DNA of 64,000 bases from Emiliania huxleyi CCMP1516 (GCF_000372725.1 NW_005201192.1:880758-944757); one strand, 5' to 3'; positions 48,201-59,621 are shown, numbered from the stretch's first letter. Notes: generated by a model from the letters alone, not told the origin. Translations and numbers: made by a program.

Positions 48201-49855
48201 GGCTTGCGAGACGAGGGCGGTCGCCTGCGCATTCCCCATGTGGCAGGAGAGGACCAGCCCCTGTGGGGGAGGGGGGTGGCATGTCGTCGGCACGGGTACC
48301 CCCGCGCCCGTGAGTGCCGGACCACCCGGCAGCAGAGGGGAGAGGGCACAGCAAAGGGGAAAAAAAAGGTGGGGGGGGGGAGGAGGAAACACCCAAGGGG
48401 AAAAAAAAAGTTGGGGGGGGGGGGGAGGAAACCCCCAAAGGGAAAAAAAAAGTGGGTGGGGGAAAGGGCCCCCCCAAAGGGAAAAAAAAAGTGGGGAGGG
48501 GGAAAAGGCCCCCCAAAAGGGAAAAAAAAAGTGGGGGGGGGGGGGGGGCCCCCCAAAGGGAAAAAAGGGGGGGGGGGGGGGGGGGGGGACCCCCCAAGGG
48601 AAAAAAAAAGGGGGGNNNNNNNNNNNNNNNNNNNNNNNNNNNNNNNNNNNNNNNNNNNNNNNNNNNNNNNNNNNNNNNNNNNNNNNNNNNNNNNNNNNNN
48701 NNNNNNNNNNNNNNNTAATTAAACCTTTTTTCTGTGGCACAAAACACTCATCCAACAGGGTTTGGGATTGGTATCAATCAATCGCATGATTCAACAAGCT
48801 GGGGGGGGTGGGGGGGCCTGCAGCGGCGTGCGCAGGTCGTGGCCCATCGTGCGCGCGAAGGTGCGCAGCGCGTCGGCGCGGATCTGCTCCCGCTCGAGGC
48901 GCTGCGAGAGCTGCAGCCGCTCCAGCTGGCTGTGGCTCTCGGCGGCGTGCAGCAGCAGCGAGACGGAGGAGAGCATCTTTGCGCAAAAGTCCGCGAGCGC
49001 GAGGAGCGTGAGCTCTGCCGGCTGCGAGAGCAGGTCCGTCTGGGAGGCGAGCCAGAGGGCGGGGAAGAAGCTCCACGAGAGGGCCGTCAGCGTGCTGATG
49101 AGTTGGCCCGTGAGCGGGTGCGTCGCCTGGCTCAAGATGTTTGCACACACGCGCCGCAGAGAGATGACCATGTACCCAAAGCTCGTCCCCAGCCAGCCGA
49201 TGCGCCAAGCCCAAAGCGCGGCGGCTCCGAGCCTCGCGACGGGCTCCGGCACCGCCGCCGTGGCGAGAAAGCCGGCCATCATGATGCTAACGATATTGCG
49301 GTGCAGTCGCCGCCCCGCCTTGGTGGTGGAGAGGCTGCTGCCCGAGATGAGGGCGAGGCCGGGTGTCGTGTGCGCCCACAGTACGTATCGCAGTGGCGAG
49401 AACGGCCTCCCATACGTCGAGAGGACCCCGACGCCGTCCGCGAGGGACCAGTACGCGACGCACGCCATCGCCGCGATAGCCATGCCGAGCGCCGACAGCC
49501 GCCGGCGATCCGCCGAGGTAGAGAGGAGGCAGGCGATGAAGTTGATAGTCGCGAGCGAGGCGAATGAGGACGCGGAAGCGACACTGACGGCGTCCATCGG
49601 CGCGAAGGCAGTGTCGACCGGCGGAGAGGTGGTGATAACGGCCGGCCCAAGCCAGCCAGCCGACACGGTGAGCAGCTCCTCGTAGCCGAGCGTGATGCAG
49701 CAGAAGGAGAGGAAGAGCCAGCCGGCCTCGGCGGAGGGGCGGCACTCCTCAAGCCACTGAGGCAGGCTGAGACGGTCCAGCCCACCATAGAGGAGCAGCA
49801 CGTCGGCTACGATCGCGTGAGCCGCAATCAGGCCACGCGCGCCGAGCAGAGCCAT
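45296..49855 (-). CDS. Histidine kinase rhodopsin: type-1 rhodopsin + HisKA + HATPase_c + receiver + HPt, multi-exon
   Basis: Exon 1: helix C RYVLWAHTTP, helix F SWSFFPALWL, helix G LADFCAKML (Lys codon 48977-48979), coiled coil, H-box GHDLRTPLQ. Later exons: N-box LLNLLTNAIKFT, G1 FEVADTGRG, G2 GMGLGLAI, GGKLELRSEGLGCGT; REC VMLVDD..AFVDINMP..AMSG..LAKP; HPt IAHTAKGNALQVCASRLAAASETLE; stop at 45296. Intron 1 spans an N-gap. Confidence 0.88.
47180..47950 (-). repeat. Two intronic tandem arrays, each unit being an exon-end copy plus GACACTTCC(T/C)A repeats
   Basis: 47623-47952: six copies of ATGTGGGAGCTCG(A/G)CCAGGCGGGCG at a 61-bp period. 47185-47470: five copies of TTCGACCC(C/T)CGCCTGCCGCATGTGTGC. 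Confidence 0.9.
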
Positions 49856-49958
49856 GGCCGGGGCAGGGGTAGGGATCCCGGCCCCCACCGGCACCGCCCC
49901 TGCCTTTGACCCTTGACCTAGACGCGGAAAACGAATCCGGCGGGGCCGCGCGTGGCAT

Positions 49959-50510
49959 CTAGGGATCCGCATCCGTCACCGTGAGAGCGTCGGCGCCGTC
50001 CTTCTTGTACATCTCCATTGCCGACGCCGCCACCGTCTCCAGGCCCGCCAGAACCTGCACGGCAGTGCCCGCGCCGGTCTGGGTCTTCCGCTGCTCGCGC
50101 CGCTGCACCATCTTCCAATCTTTGCCATCGCGTCGGGAATCGAAGATGCTCTTGACCATGGCGGAGGTGCCCTTCACCGGCGCTCCCGCGACCTCGTTCG
50201 CAGTGAGAGCCGCCTCGTCGAAGGCTCCCCGCTCCTTCGCGGCCTGCTGCGTCCGCACCACCTCCATCGCGTTCGCCGTCTGCGCCTTGAGCTTCGCCAC
50301 CTTCGCCTTCCTCTCCCGCTCCGCCGCCGCCTCCCGGTCCTCGCGGCGGTCCGCCAGGGGGTCGTCGCCGCCGTCGTCAGCCACGATCATGGCCGTGACG
50401 GCCTCGCCCGCCATATCGTTCTCGCCGGTCGATCGCGCGTCCCAAAAGTCGCCAAAAGTCGCCAAGAAGCGGCGGCGAGTCGCAATCACCCGCCCGCCGT
50501 CCCGGCGGTC
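49959..50510 (-). pseudogene. Start-less coding fragment, probably transposon-derived
   Basis: Open frame ..RFLATFGDFWDARSTGEND..ERERKAKVAKLKAQT..; no ATG context; family not recognised. Confidence 0.25.
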
Positions 50511-51098
50511 CCGCAGCTCGCGCGAATCTCCCTCTTAACCCACACTTAACATCTATATAAGGGATCCCTACGAGTATAGGGTCGATTCCGCGTGGTACGG
50601 GACCCCTCGATCGTCTCGCCCTCCCTCACTGGTATGTTCATTGGGGGGGGTCATAACAAACACGGTACAGGATCGAGGTGCACGCTGCCGAAGCAGTGTC
50701 GTCTCCCCCCTCTCCCCGACGGCGATGGCGGTGTGACCGATCGAGCTCCAAGAGGAGCTTGTTCAGCATGATCAGGGTGAGCCGAGCAGTTCTCACTCCC
50801 TTAGAGCTCGCGGAGGAGCAAAGGGCGCCCGATTAGCGCTGCGCGCGGCCGGGCAAAAAGCACTTCGAGCGTGCGACTGAGCCTGCCGCGCTCGATCTGG
50901 GAGCCACTCGGCGCCAGGTCGAACGGCGGTCGGCTCGGCCACCGGTGGGTGCGACGCAGGAAAGAGCATCCTGGGCGCCGCATCAACCATCATCTACTAC
51001 CGCTCCACGCCAAGGCGCGGGCGGCGGTGCTCGCCGGCGCGCGGCGCTTCGGTGCTCGGGCGCGCTCACCATGTGGTCGTTCGGGGCGGCTCGCACAG

Positions 51099-51106
<8 letters not shown>

Positions 51107-51166
<60 letters not shown>
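51107..51166. repeat. (CA)n microsatellite
   Basis: Seen directly. Confidence 0.95.
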
Positions 51167-51168
<2 letters not shown>

Positions 51169-51813
51169 CATGCATGCATGTATGCACAGACACACAGCCC
51201 CTTCCCCTTCAAGACCTCAAAGGACGAGGCGCAACAACATCTCTCATACGCAGGCCCCGCACCTCTAGCGAAGCCCACAGAGTGGGAGACTCCTATCACC
51301 GCCCCTGCGCCCTGCCACCCAACGGCGTGAGCCTTGCCCTTGGCCGCCTCTGTCAGTGTGCCCGTGATTAGTGAGAGACTGCCAGTGAGAAGCCGGAGGA
51401 AGGTCGCTAGTCGAGAGAGATCGCCAGTGCAAAATACGAATAGGGAGTCCACCGTGCTGCGAGCCTGTCGCTGTCCCTTGTCGGGAGCAGGAGAACTAGG
51501 AGAGCGCAACCAGTAGGAGGCCCGCGCCTGCCCCGCCGGGTGCCGCCGGGTGCAACCTGTCCTATACGAGAGGGGAACTCCTGGGACCCTGTCGTGTGGG
51601 TGAACCCTGCCCAGCCCCCCCCCTCCGTGTCGGCTGTCGCGATGCGCTCCCCGCTCCCGTGAGCCGTGACCCGTGTTTGGTTCTCCTCGTCTCCCCGCCT
51701 GTGGGTCCGGCCCTGATCCTTACAACGAAGATCCTCTCGGCTCGTGCACAGGTGGGGACCCTGTCCTTAGCTCCCACCCCTCGTTTGTTGTGTCCGCTTT
51801 TTTTATTTATTCA

Positions 51814-52896
51814 TTAGCCGCGGAGGAGCGCGGCTCGCATAAAGCTGCGAGCGCGCGCATCTCGCAGGTCGACGCGGTGGGCGCACTCCTGCTTCCCGAG
51901 CACGAGCGCCGGGTCGATTGCCGGCTCGAGGTCGCAGCAGCAGCAGCCGAAGCACCCGTCGAGCACCTCCTCCTCGCGCGAGCCGCCCGAGAGGATGTGC
52001 AGGATCGACGGCACGGCAACCTCGTGGAAGACGCGCTGCCAAAAGTAGAGGTGCATCAGGTCGCCAAACGCGGCGGCCAGGCGCATGGGGACGTAGTACA
52101 GGTCGCTCCACCCGGCGCACACCGTCCCCGCGCCCACCGCCGCCCACGCTCCGTCAAGCGACGGCGCGCTCTGGCGGTAGCGGCCGAGCAACGCCGTCGC
52201 GTTGTGCAGCTGGTGGGAGGCCCGCATCCCCCTTCGCCACGAGTCAAAGCCGAACCACGGCGCCGCCGCTCGCTCGCCGGCGCCGCTCCGGCCATCCTCG
52301 CGGAAGCAGCGCTCCCGCCAAAAGAGCTCGTCTCGCCCCGCCCGCAGCGCGGCCAGGTCCGACACCAGCAGCCTCGGCGGAACCCTGGAATGGCCCGCAA
52401 ACGTCGCCACGCCTGGCCGGGCTGGGACGGCGCGTGGAGGCGCGCTCTTCTGCCACGCCTCGCCGGGGAGGCCCGGCCCGAGCCGCCACACAAAGTCTGC
52501 CCGCCGGCGGCGGAGGCGGGCCGGGTCGACAAAAAAGTCCATGTGCATCAGCAGCACGCCGGACGCCGTCTCGAGCTTTCCGCTCGCGCGGCGCGCCAGC
52601 GTCCGCAGCCAGCCCGGCCCCTTGGACCTCTTCTTCTTTGGGCTCCCTGACGCGGCGAGGGAGAGCATAACCTTGCCGACCGAGTAGAGGTGGCCCTCGC
52701 CCGGGTACGAGTCGCGGTAGTGGAGCCGGCAAGCGATGCCGCCGTGCTCGTCAGTCACGTTGAGGCAGGCCGGGAAGAGGTCTCCCGTGACGATGTGGAC
52801 GAGGCCCAGGAAGTGACGCTCGTAGAGGCGCGTCGTAGGGTAGCGCTCCGGCCGCCAGTGATCCAGGAGCGCAATCACGCGGCCGGGCGCCGCCAT
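51814..52896 (-). CDS. Single-exon DUF288/STELLO-like putative glycosyltransferase-related protein
   Basis: GVLLMHMDFF (possible degenerate DxD region) and WSDLYYVP..F..F..VFHEVAVPSIL, resembling the STELLO/DUF288 C-terminal motif; AHRVDL near the end. Confidence 0.55.
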   Translation of the reverse strand: MAAPGRVIALLDHWRPERYPTTRLYERHFLGLVHIVTGDLFPACLNVTDEHGGIACRLHYRDSYPGEGHLYSVGKVMLSLAASGSPKKKRSKGPGWLRTLARRASGKLETASGVLLMHMDFFVDPARLRRRRADFVWRLGPGLPGEAWQKSAPPRAVPARPGVATFAGHSRVPPRLLVSDLAALRAGRDELFWRERCFREDGRSGAGERAAAPWFGFDSWRRGMRASHQLHNATALLGRYRQSAPSLDGAWAAVGAGTVCAGWSDLYYVPMRLAAAFGDLMHLYFWQRVFHEVAVPSILHILSGGSREEEVLDGCFGCCCCDLEPAIDPALVLGKQECAHRVDLRDARARSFMRAALLRG

Positions 52897-53320
52897 GTGG
52901 GGCGATTGGACCGCTTGTGTGTTCGGCGGGAGGAACAAAAAGAAGGGGAGCAAAGAAAAAGAAAAAGAAAATTCCGGAGGCGCAAGCGGCTGGCCGGATC
53001 ACCATCTCTCAAGGCCCGAGCTTTACGCCGGCGGAGAGAAGAGCCGCAGCCATGGCACTCGGGCAGCCGGGGGGTCGGCCGATGGCCGCTGGCGGCGCCG
53101 TGGCGGCGAGGGCCCCTCGTCGTCGCCCCGGAGGCGCGGCGGCGGCCGGCCGGGCGGTCGGGACGCCATCTGTCACGGGCAGGGCCGTCGCCGAACGAGA
53201 GTTTTACCAATATCTTGTTGCCCAGCGTGTTTCTTCCTGTCGCACGCAACGCTCAACCAAAAGTCGGGTGGGCTGCTGTGGAAGCTCTAGGGTCAAGTGA
53301 GCTTGCCGCGCGGCTGCCAG

Positions 53321-56300
53321 ATGGACGTCGCTGCGTCTTACAATCAGCGGCTGCCCTGGCCCGCGGTTATGGACGTCTCGCCCGAGGACAGGCCCGTCGC
53401 CATCCGCACGTCGTCCATGGGAAGCACGCCGCTCGACACGCACGCAAAGCGGCTGCGCAGCGAGGCGGAGCTCGACTCGTGCCCGCTGCACGAGCCCGAC
53501 GAGCCCCCGCTGAAGCGGATGGAGTTCACGCCGTGTCACTCGCCCACGCGCGCCGAGCAGACGCCGCCCGAGGACATGGCCAGCGTCATGCCGCCGAGAC
53601 GGCTCGCCAGCGTCGGCTTTGGCACGCCCATCTCGGGCCACCCCATCTGCTGCCCGCTCGTGAGCGAGCTGCGCCTGCGGTACGGCATGCACCAGACGCA
53701 GGGCCCGAGAAAGTGCGCGCTCCCGCCCCACACCCCTTCCCCTCCAGAAAAGCTGTCCCCTGCCCTCCCATGCCCTCCCCTGCCCTCCCCTGCCCGCAAC
53801 CTGCACGCATGCTGCGCGCCTCACCCCTCTCTCACCGGCCGCGGCCCGCCCCGCCCGCGCAGCTCGATGGAGGACAGGACGGTGTGCAAGCTCGAGCGCG
53901 CCAATGGCGGCTTCGCGCCTTCGCACGGCTTCTTCGCCGTCCTCGACGGACACGGCGGCTCTGCAGCCGCGGTGTGCGCTCCCCTCCCCCTCCCCTTCTG
54001 TGCGCCCCTCGCTCCCAGCCACACCCAGCGCCTCGCCGCCCGCCCTGCAGGAGCACTGCGCAGAGCGGCTCCACGCCAACCTGGTCGGATCGCACCACTT
54101 CCCCGACTTGGTGCCCACCACCACCCGCTCTCCCTCCCGGACCGCACACACCCCAGTCCCAACGCTGCTTCTGAAACAAGCTGCCCTCCACACCCGACGC
54201 GGACGTACATGCCGCGCCGCCGCAACGCCACTCCTCCGACTCCTCCCCCACACCAGACCCTTCCACAGTGCTTCCACAGTGCCACCACAGCCCCTCCCCG
54301 ACCTCTGCCCGCTTCACCACCCTCTCCTGCATCCTCTCCACCTCCAGACGCCGCCTGCTCTCACGCCCCCCCCCCCCCCCCTCCCCGGCAGGTGCCTGCG
54401 CTGCAGGACGCCTTCCTGCGCACCGACGCCTCGTTCCTCTCCTGGGCCGCCTCGCCCGGGCGGAGGGCAAAGGCGCGCCGCTTGTCGGAGCCTCGGCACA
54501 CCCCCCTAACCCCCCCTTCCGCTCTCTCGCTCCCCTCCACGGCCCACCTGCAGAGAGCAAACGCCAAGCAGTGGCGCCCGCATCTCTGCACCGCATCTCT
54601 GCACCGCGGCTCTCAGCTCGACGGCCCCACGGCGCAGGAGTCGCACGCCGGCGCCGCAGCCGTCGCGCTCGTCGTCACGCCGAACCACTTGACGGTCGGG
54701 CGCAGCCCGACGCCCCCACTTGCACGCTGGCCACGCGAGGTGGTGTGACCCGGGAGGAATGGGCCTGCCTCAGGTTGCGCACGCGGGCGACTGCCGCGCC
54801 ATCCTTGTCAAGAAGGAAGGGGCGACCCGCTCGTTCGAGGCACCTCCTCCACCTCCTCCACCTCCTCCACCTCCCGTCCTCTCTCGCTCTCTCGCTCTCT
54901 CTCTCTCGCTCTCTCGCTCTCTCGCTCTCTCTCTCGCGCGCGCTCTCTCGCTGTCGCGCACTCTCGCACTCTCTCCCGCCCCTCTCTTCACTACTCCCAG
55001 TCCGCTCCCGCTGCAGGCCCTCACGCACGACCATGTGGCCGAGAGGTCGATCTGCGCCGAGGAGGCTGACCGCGTCGAGCGGGTGCGTGCGCCTCCCCCC
55101 CTCCCGCCCTCCTCGCCCCTCGCGTGCTGCCTTGCTCAGCACCTCTTGCTCAGCACCTCTGTTGCCGGCGAGCAGGCGGGCGCCTCGAACGTGCCCGGCA
55201 GCGTGCGGGTGGGAGAGCACGATTTGCCGATGACACGCGCGTTTGGCAACTTGCGGCTCAAAGTGGCTGCAGGCAGAGACTGGACGCAGGAGGCGGCCAA
55301 TGCGCAGGTGACGCCGCTGCCAGACCTCTCCACAGCTCACCACACGCGATCGGCACGGCCACGCCGCCACGACCCAAGCAGGTCGTGACGGCGCTGCCGG
55401 ACGTGTCCGTCTTTGCGCGCGGTCCGGACGACCTCGCCGTCGTGGTCGCCTCGGACGGGCTCTTCGGCGAGGTGAGATGCTACCTAGACACTTCCTAGAC
55501 AGTTCCTAGACATTTCCTCCTCCTCGGACGGGCTCTTCGGCGAGGTGAGATGCCGCCCGGAGTGAGGACTGCCTAGGACGGGCCCCTCACACAAGAACAC
55601 ACCCCCGGACCCAAGACGCACAAGCACAGACAGTCGAGAAGCAGCCGGGCCCTCACACCGCAGCCTCTGGAGGCGGCGAAGTCACCGCCCGCCGACCGTC
55701 GGAGACACTACCTAGACACTTCCTAGACATTTCCTCCTCGCCTCCCCAGGTGCTCTCGTCCGAGCACGTTGCCGAGTACACCCGCGCCGCCCTGCAAGAG
55801 AACGCTGCGACGGGCGACGCAGAGGGCATGGCTGCGCGCAGGCTGGTGGAGCGCGCCATCCACCACCAGTCGTCGGACAACGTCTCGGTGGCCGTCGCCT
55901 CTGGAGGGTCGAGAGCGCGTGACAGGATTGCTCAGCACCGCATCACCGCCTCTCAGGTCGTCGTCGTCTCGCTCGAACCTTCCGAGGGCTCGGCGGTGCC
56001 GCCGCAGCTTCGCCACACCTTGCCCCACCGCCAAGCAGCGCTCTGCTTCAACCCGCCTCGCCATGACCAGGCGTCGCCGGACCTCGCGCAGGAGAGTCCG
56101 GACTTGCTGCGCGAGGACTCGACGGCGACGCAGTCTTTCTCGCCCGGCCGGCGCGTCGCGTCTAGTCGAACACACCACGTCAAGACTCAGTCCCGCGCTG
56201 AGTCTCTAGGCCCCCCCCCCCCTTCTTCTTCCACACACTGCTCCAGCCCCCCTCTCCCGCCTTTCCTTGCTTGGCTCTTGCTCAGCCGTGACACGTCCAA

Positions 56301-56512
56301 CGGCGATCGCCACGCAGGCCGACGGTGCTCGAGAAGCTGTCGCTGCCTTTCGGCGCCGCGCGCCCTATTGAGTCGCGCCCGCCTAATGGAGCCCTTATGA
56401 CACGCCCCCACGCCGCGTCCCCGCAGGCGAAGCCTATCCGGAGGAAGTGCGGGCGAGACGCTCGCTGTCCCCCGAGGAGGAGCGATCGTGAGGCGGAGGT
56501 TGCTCGGCTCTG
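53321..56512 (+). CDS. Protein phosphatase 2C (PPM family), multi-exon; 3' end approximate
   Basis: QGPR../SMEDR, FFAVLDGHGG, AFLRTD, GAAAV, VAHAGDCRAIL, LTHDH, LPMTRAFGN, VTALPDV, VVASDGLF, SSDNVSVVVV. Confidence 0.88.
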
Positions 56513-56897
56513 AAGAGAGCGCGAGCGCTTACGAGGACCCGTCGGAGGGAGTCGGCGCGGCGAAGGGGGGGGGCGCAACCTTCTACTTTGGGTGTGGTGC
56601 GCACAGTCCAGTCTGTGCCCGCCTTTGCCGCCGCGGAGAGTGTGAGAGAGAGGAGCGGAGCCGGAGGGTCTGCTTGTGCAGGTTTGTGCCTGCCCCGTCC
56701 GAGCTTGCTGCGATGGACGAGGGCGCACAGGGGGCACTTAGCGTACTGACGTACAGGGTTAGGTCGCTCGCGGGCGGTCGCCGCCCCGCGTTGCGCTCAC
56801 AAAAGCATGGGTGAACCCAGCGGGTGAACACGATTTCTCTTCCTACACATCCTAAAATACAAAAATGGAGTTGGTACTCTAAAAACTAAATCGGAAG

Positions 56898-59260
56898 AAA
56901 ATAAATAAATAAAAACGGACACCTCTCTACTGTGAGATGGGTAAAAAGGAACAGGTCCCCGCCCTTGCGATCTTTGAGCAGGGTTCTTTGTGGGTGTGGT
57001 CGGCGACTAGCCGGGGTCGTCCTCCCGATGGGGGACTAGCGCACTAGCCGTCTCTTCCACATGCGCGATGCGGCATGGACATGGTCCCTCGGGTCCCTGC
57101 TGCTCCTAATCTCTTCGTACATCCTCCTGCTGATCTCCGCAAAGTCCTGCTCCCTCCCTCGTCTCGCCCTGCGCGTCTGCTCCGCCTCACCGTCTTCTGC
57201 CCTGCGTCGTCTGGCGACGGGTCCTCCATAGTCGGTCGAGGTCGCCGCCCTCCTCGTGCCTCTTCCCAACGTTCCCTCGGCGGCCGATGCCGTCTGCTCC
57301 GGCTCCCCAGTCCCCGGCTCTGCCCTGCTCTCGTCTGCGCTAGTATTAAAGAAAGCTGGGCTAGAGACCGCTATTAATATGAGTATGAGCTATGACCTAT
57401 GAGAGTCCGGCGTGTACGCGCCCCCCCGGCGCCCGCCGTGCCGATCGAGAGCGCATCACACGAAGGGGGCGTGTGTGAGGATATACGATTGGGTGTCGCA
57501 CACGCTTGTCGCCAATGAGCAATGTCGGGGCGGCCGCTGTCCCGCTGGCGAGCGACGCGGCACACGCGCTCACGCTCTGAACATGAACAAACAGTACACG
57601 TACTCACACACCTGTGCGCTGTGGAGCCAACCTTGACCTTGTGTCCGGCTACACACCGGCAGTCTCTCTCCCTCTGAAAATCGCTCGAAGGTTGCTGCGA
57701 GGCCGAGGGTGCTCCCGCCACTTCTTCTTCTCTCTCGAACACATTGTCCGTCGCTGCCCGGGGATTGATCTCCCACTCTTGTGTGTCATTACCCATTCAA
57801 CACTCCACGTGTGTCTTTACTCGATCCCAATTATTGGGAATTGGGTTCGTATATTCGGATACGACGTAGTCTGCACTCCACTGCCCAGGCTCGTCGCCAG
57901 GGACGGCGGGGTTAGACCGGCCTCCCAACTACGTTGTGTCCGTTTGAAGGGGTGGCGCGCCTGCAGGTGAAACAAAGAAAAGGGAGGCCCCATCGATCGT
58001 GTGCTCCGATTGCGCGGTGGGCCGCCCCGCTGTATAGGTGGAGGCCCGAATTCTCTTTCAGCCTGCCGGCACCAAAAAGAAACACGGAAGGCCTCCCGTG
58101 CCGTATAGGTCCAGAGCGCCCCTATAGGGGCCTCAGCGCACGCACGCCATGCGATTGCTCCCACGCTGCGCGCTGCGCTGGCCTGCCGCGCGCTCTCTCT
58201 GCTCTCTGAGGCGCCGGGGAAGTCGCCGCCGCCTCGTACATCGGGTCATTCTCGCAAAAACGGGGTGATTTTGGCGGCATTTGAAGATGTGCCCGGGGGA
58301 TTCTTCCCAAACCCAGCATGGGCGTAGGTTAGCCCTGAGCAAAGAAACCAGCACCTCATCAGTCTTCCCCGAGCGTCAGAGCTCGATGATCGCGCCGGCC
58401 GGACACACCCGCCACTGAGACGGCCGTTCCAGGCATTTGAAAAAATTAGATATTCTTATCTTTTTGCCCCCCTCCGAGACTGGAGACAGTCACACCCCAG
58501 TATCAGACCAGGGGGAGTGCCCCCCTCCCCCGCTTGCCCTGCCTGCGCAGGATAGCGTGCCCCGATAACGGCGACACTTAGCGAGGGTCACTGCGCAAGG
58601 AGGGGGTGCGAAGCCTTTTCTTTTGTCCTCTCGGGGGAATGCTCTCTCGGCGCCCATGGCCTTCTGAGGTTTCGTACTGATGACGTCCTTCTTGGCACTT
58701 CGGGCGTCGGTGTGTGCGTATCTGTGGTGTCTAATTCTTCCGGTATGCTACATAGGTTTCCCGAGCTGAGACCTCCTTTCAATCCAAGCGTATCTTGCTG
58801 GAAGCCTTCCCGCTGGCGGGAGGTCCCCAGTTCGAAACCTGGTCGACCCTTATATCTTTTGTTCACACCTGAGCGGGCTCAATTTTGCTCAGATGCTCCT
58901 ACGAATTCGAAATCGTGTCCTCACGCTTAGCGCTTGGTGTGTGTTCGTTTTTCGTCACGGGTGTTCCGGGCATTTGAACGCGACCATCGGGGGGGATGAC
59001 ATGCGCTCCATGGCTCAGACTCGCTTGGTCCCTTCTGATGCCCTAGGCCACACGTTCACTTGGGGGCTGGGGGCCTGTACTCTTACGTTTTATAATAGAG
59101 TACTCATCTCTTAGACTTCGATACGACTGGCTGGGCCGCTGCTCACAATTACGGTAGGGGCCGGGGGCAAAAGCGAAAAGGGTTTGCCCCGGCCCGAAAC
59201 TGGCACATGTCCCTAAATCCCATCTCGTCTCAGAGTTTGACCGTTTTATTTATTTATTTC
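56898..59260. mobile_element. Putative non-autonomous element bounded by ~55-bp imperfect inverted repeats
   Basis: Left end AAATAAATAAATAAAAACGGACACCTCTCTACTGTGAGATGGG..AGGAACAGGTCC. Reverse complement of right end AAATAAATAAATAAAACGGTCAAACTCTGAGACGAGATGGG..AGGGACATGTGCC. GC hairpin at 59158-59195. Confidence 0.35.
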
Positions 59261-59319
59261 GCACCGCGCGGCCGCGGGGGGACTTTGAGAGTGGTGACTG
59301 GTGTGTGTGGTATGCGAGT

Positions 59320-59480
59320 ACTTGGAGCACTTGGAGCACTTGGAGTGCAGTCGGTAACCTCACATCCAGGGCCGGTGAGCTGAGAAGCGCATCCAGCGGG
59401 CCGGATGATCGGTATCGGGCTACGGGCTAGAGAGCCCTGACCCCTAGCTAGGGGGGGGGCGCGCATTCGCAGGGCAAGGG
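59320..59480 (+). repeat. Dispersed repeat copy, homologous to 35579-35720
   Basis: Shared blocks as listed for 35579-35774. Confidence 0.8.
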
Positions 59481-59621
59481 CCTTAAAGTAAACACGGGTC
59501 TCCGAGGGTTAGTTCTGCGCTTTGGGTGTCCCCTAGCGGCGGAACGCCCCCTCTACTCGGAGCTAGTAAACACCAGACACTAGACACGAGCATGACGTAC
59601 ACTCTCACCCGACATCGCCAC

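Noticed and set aside
48340..48615. Alternating G/A homopolymer tracts (G-quadruplex-like)
   Set aside because: Adjacent to an N-gap and typical of degraded read ends; not trustworthy.
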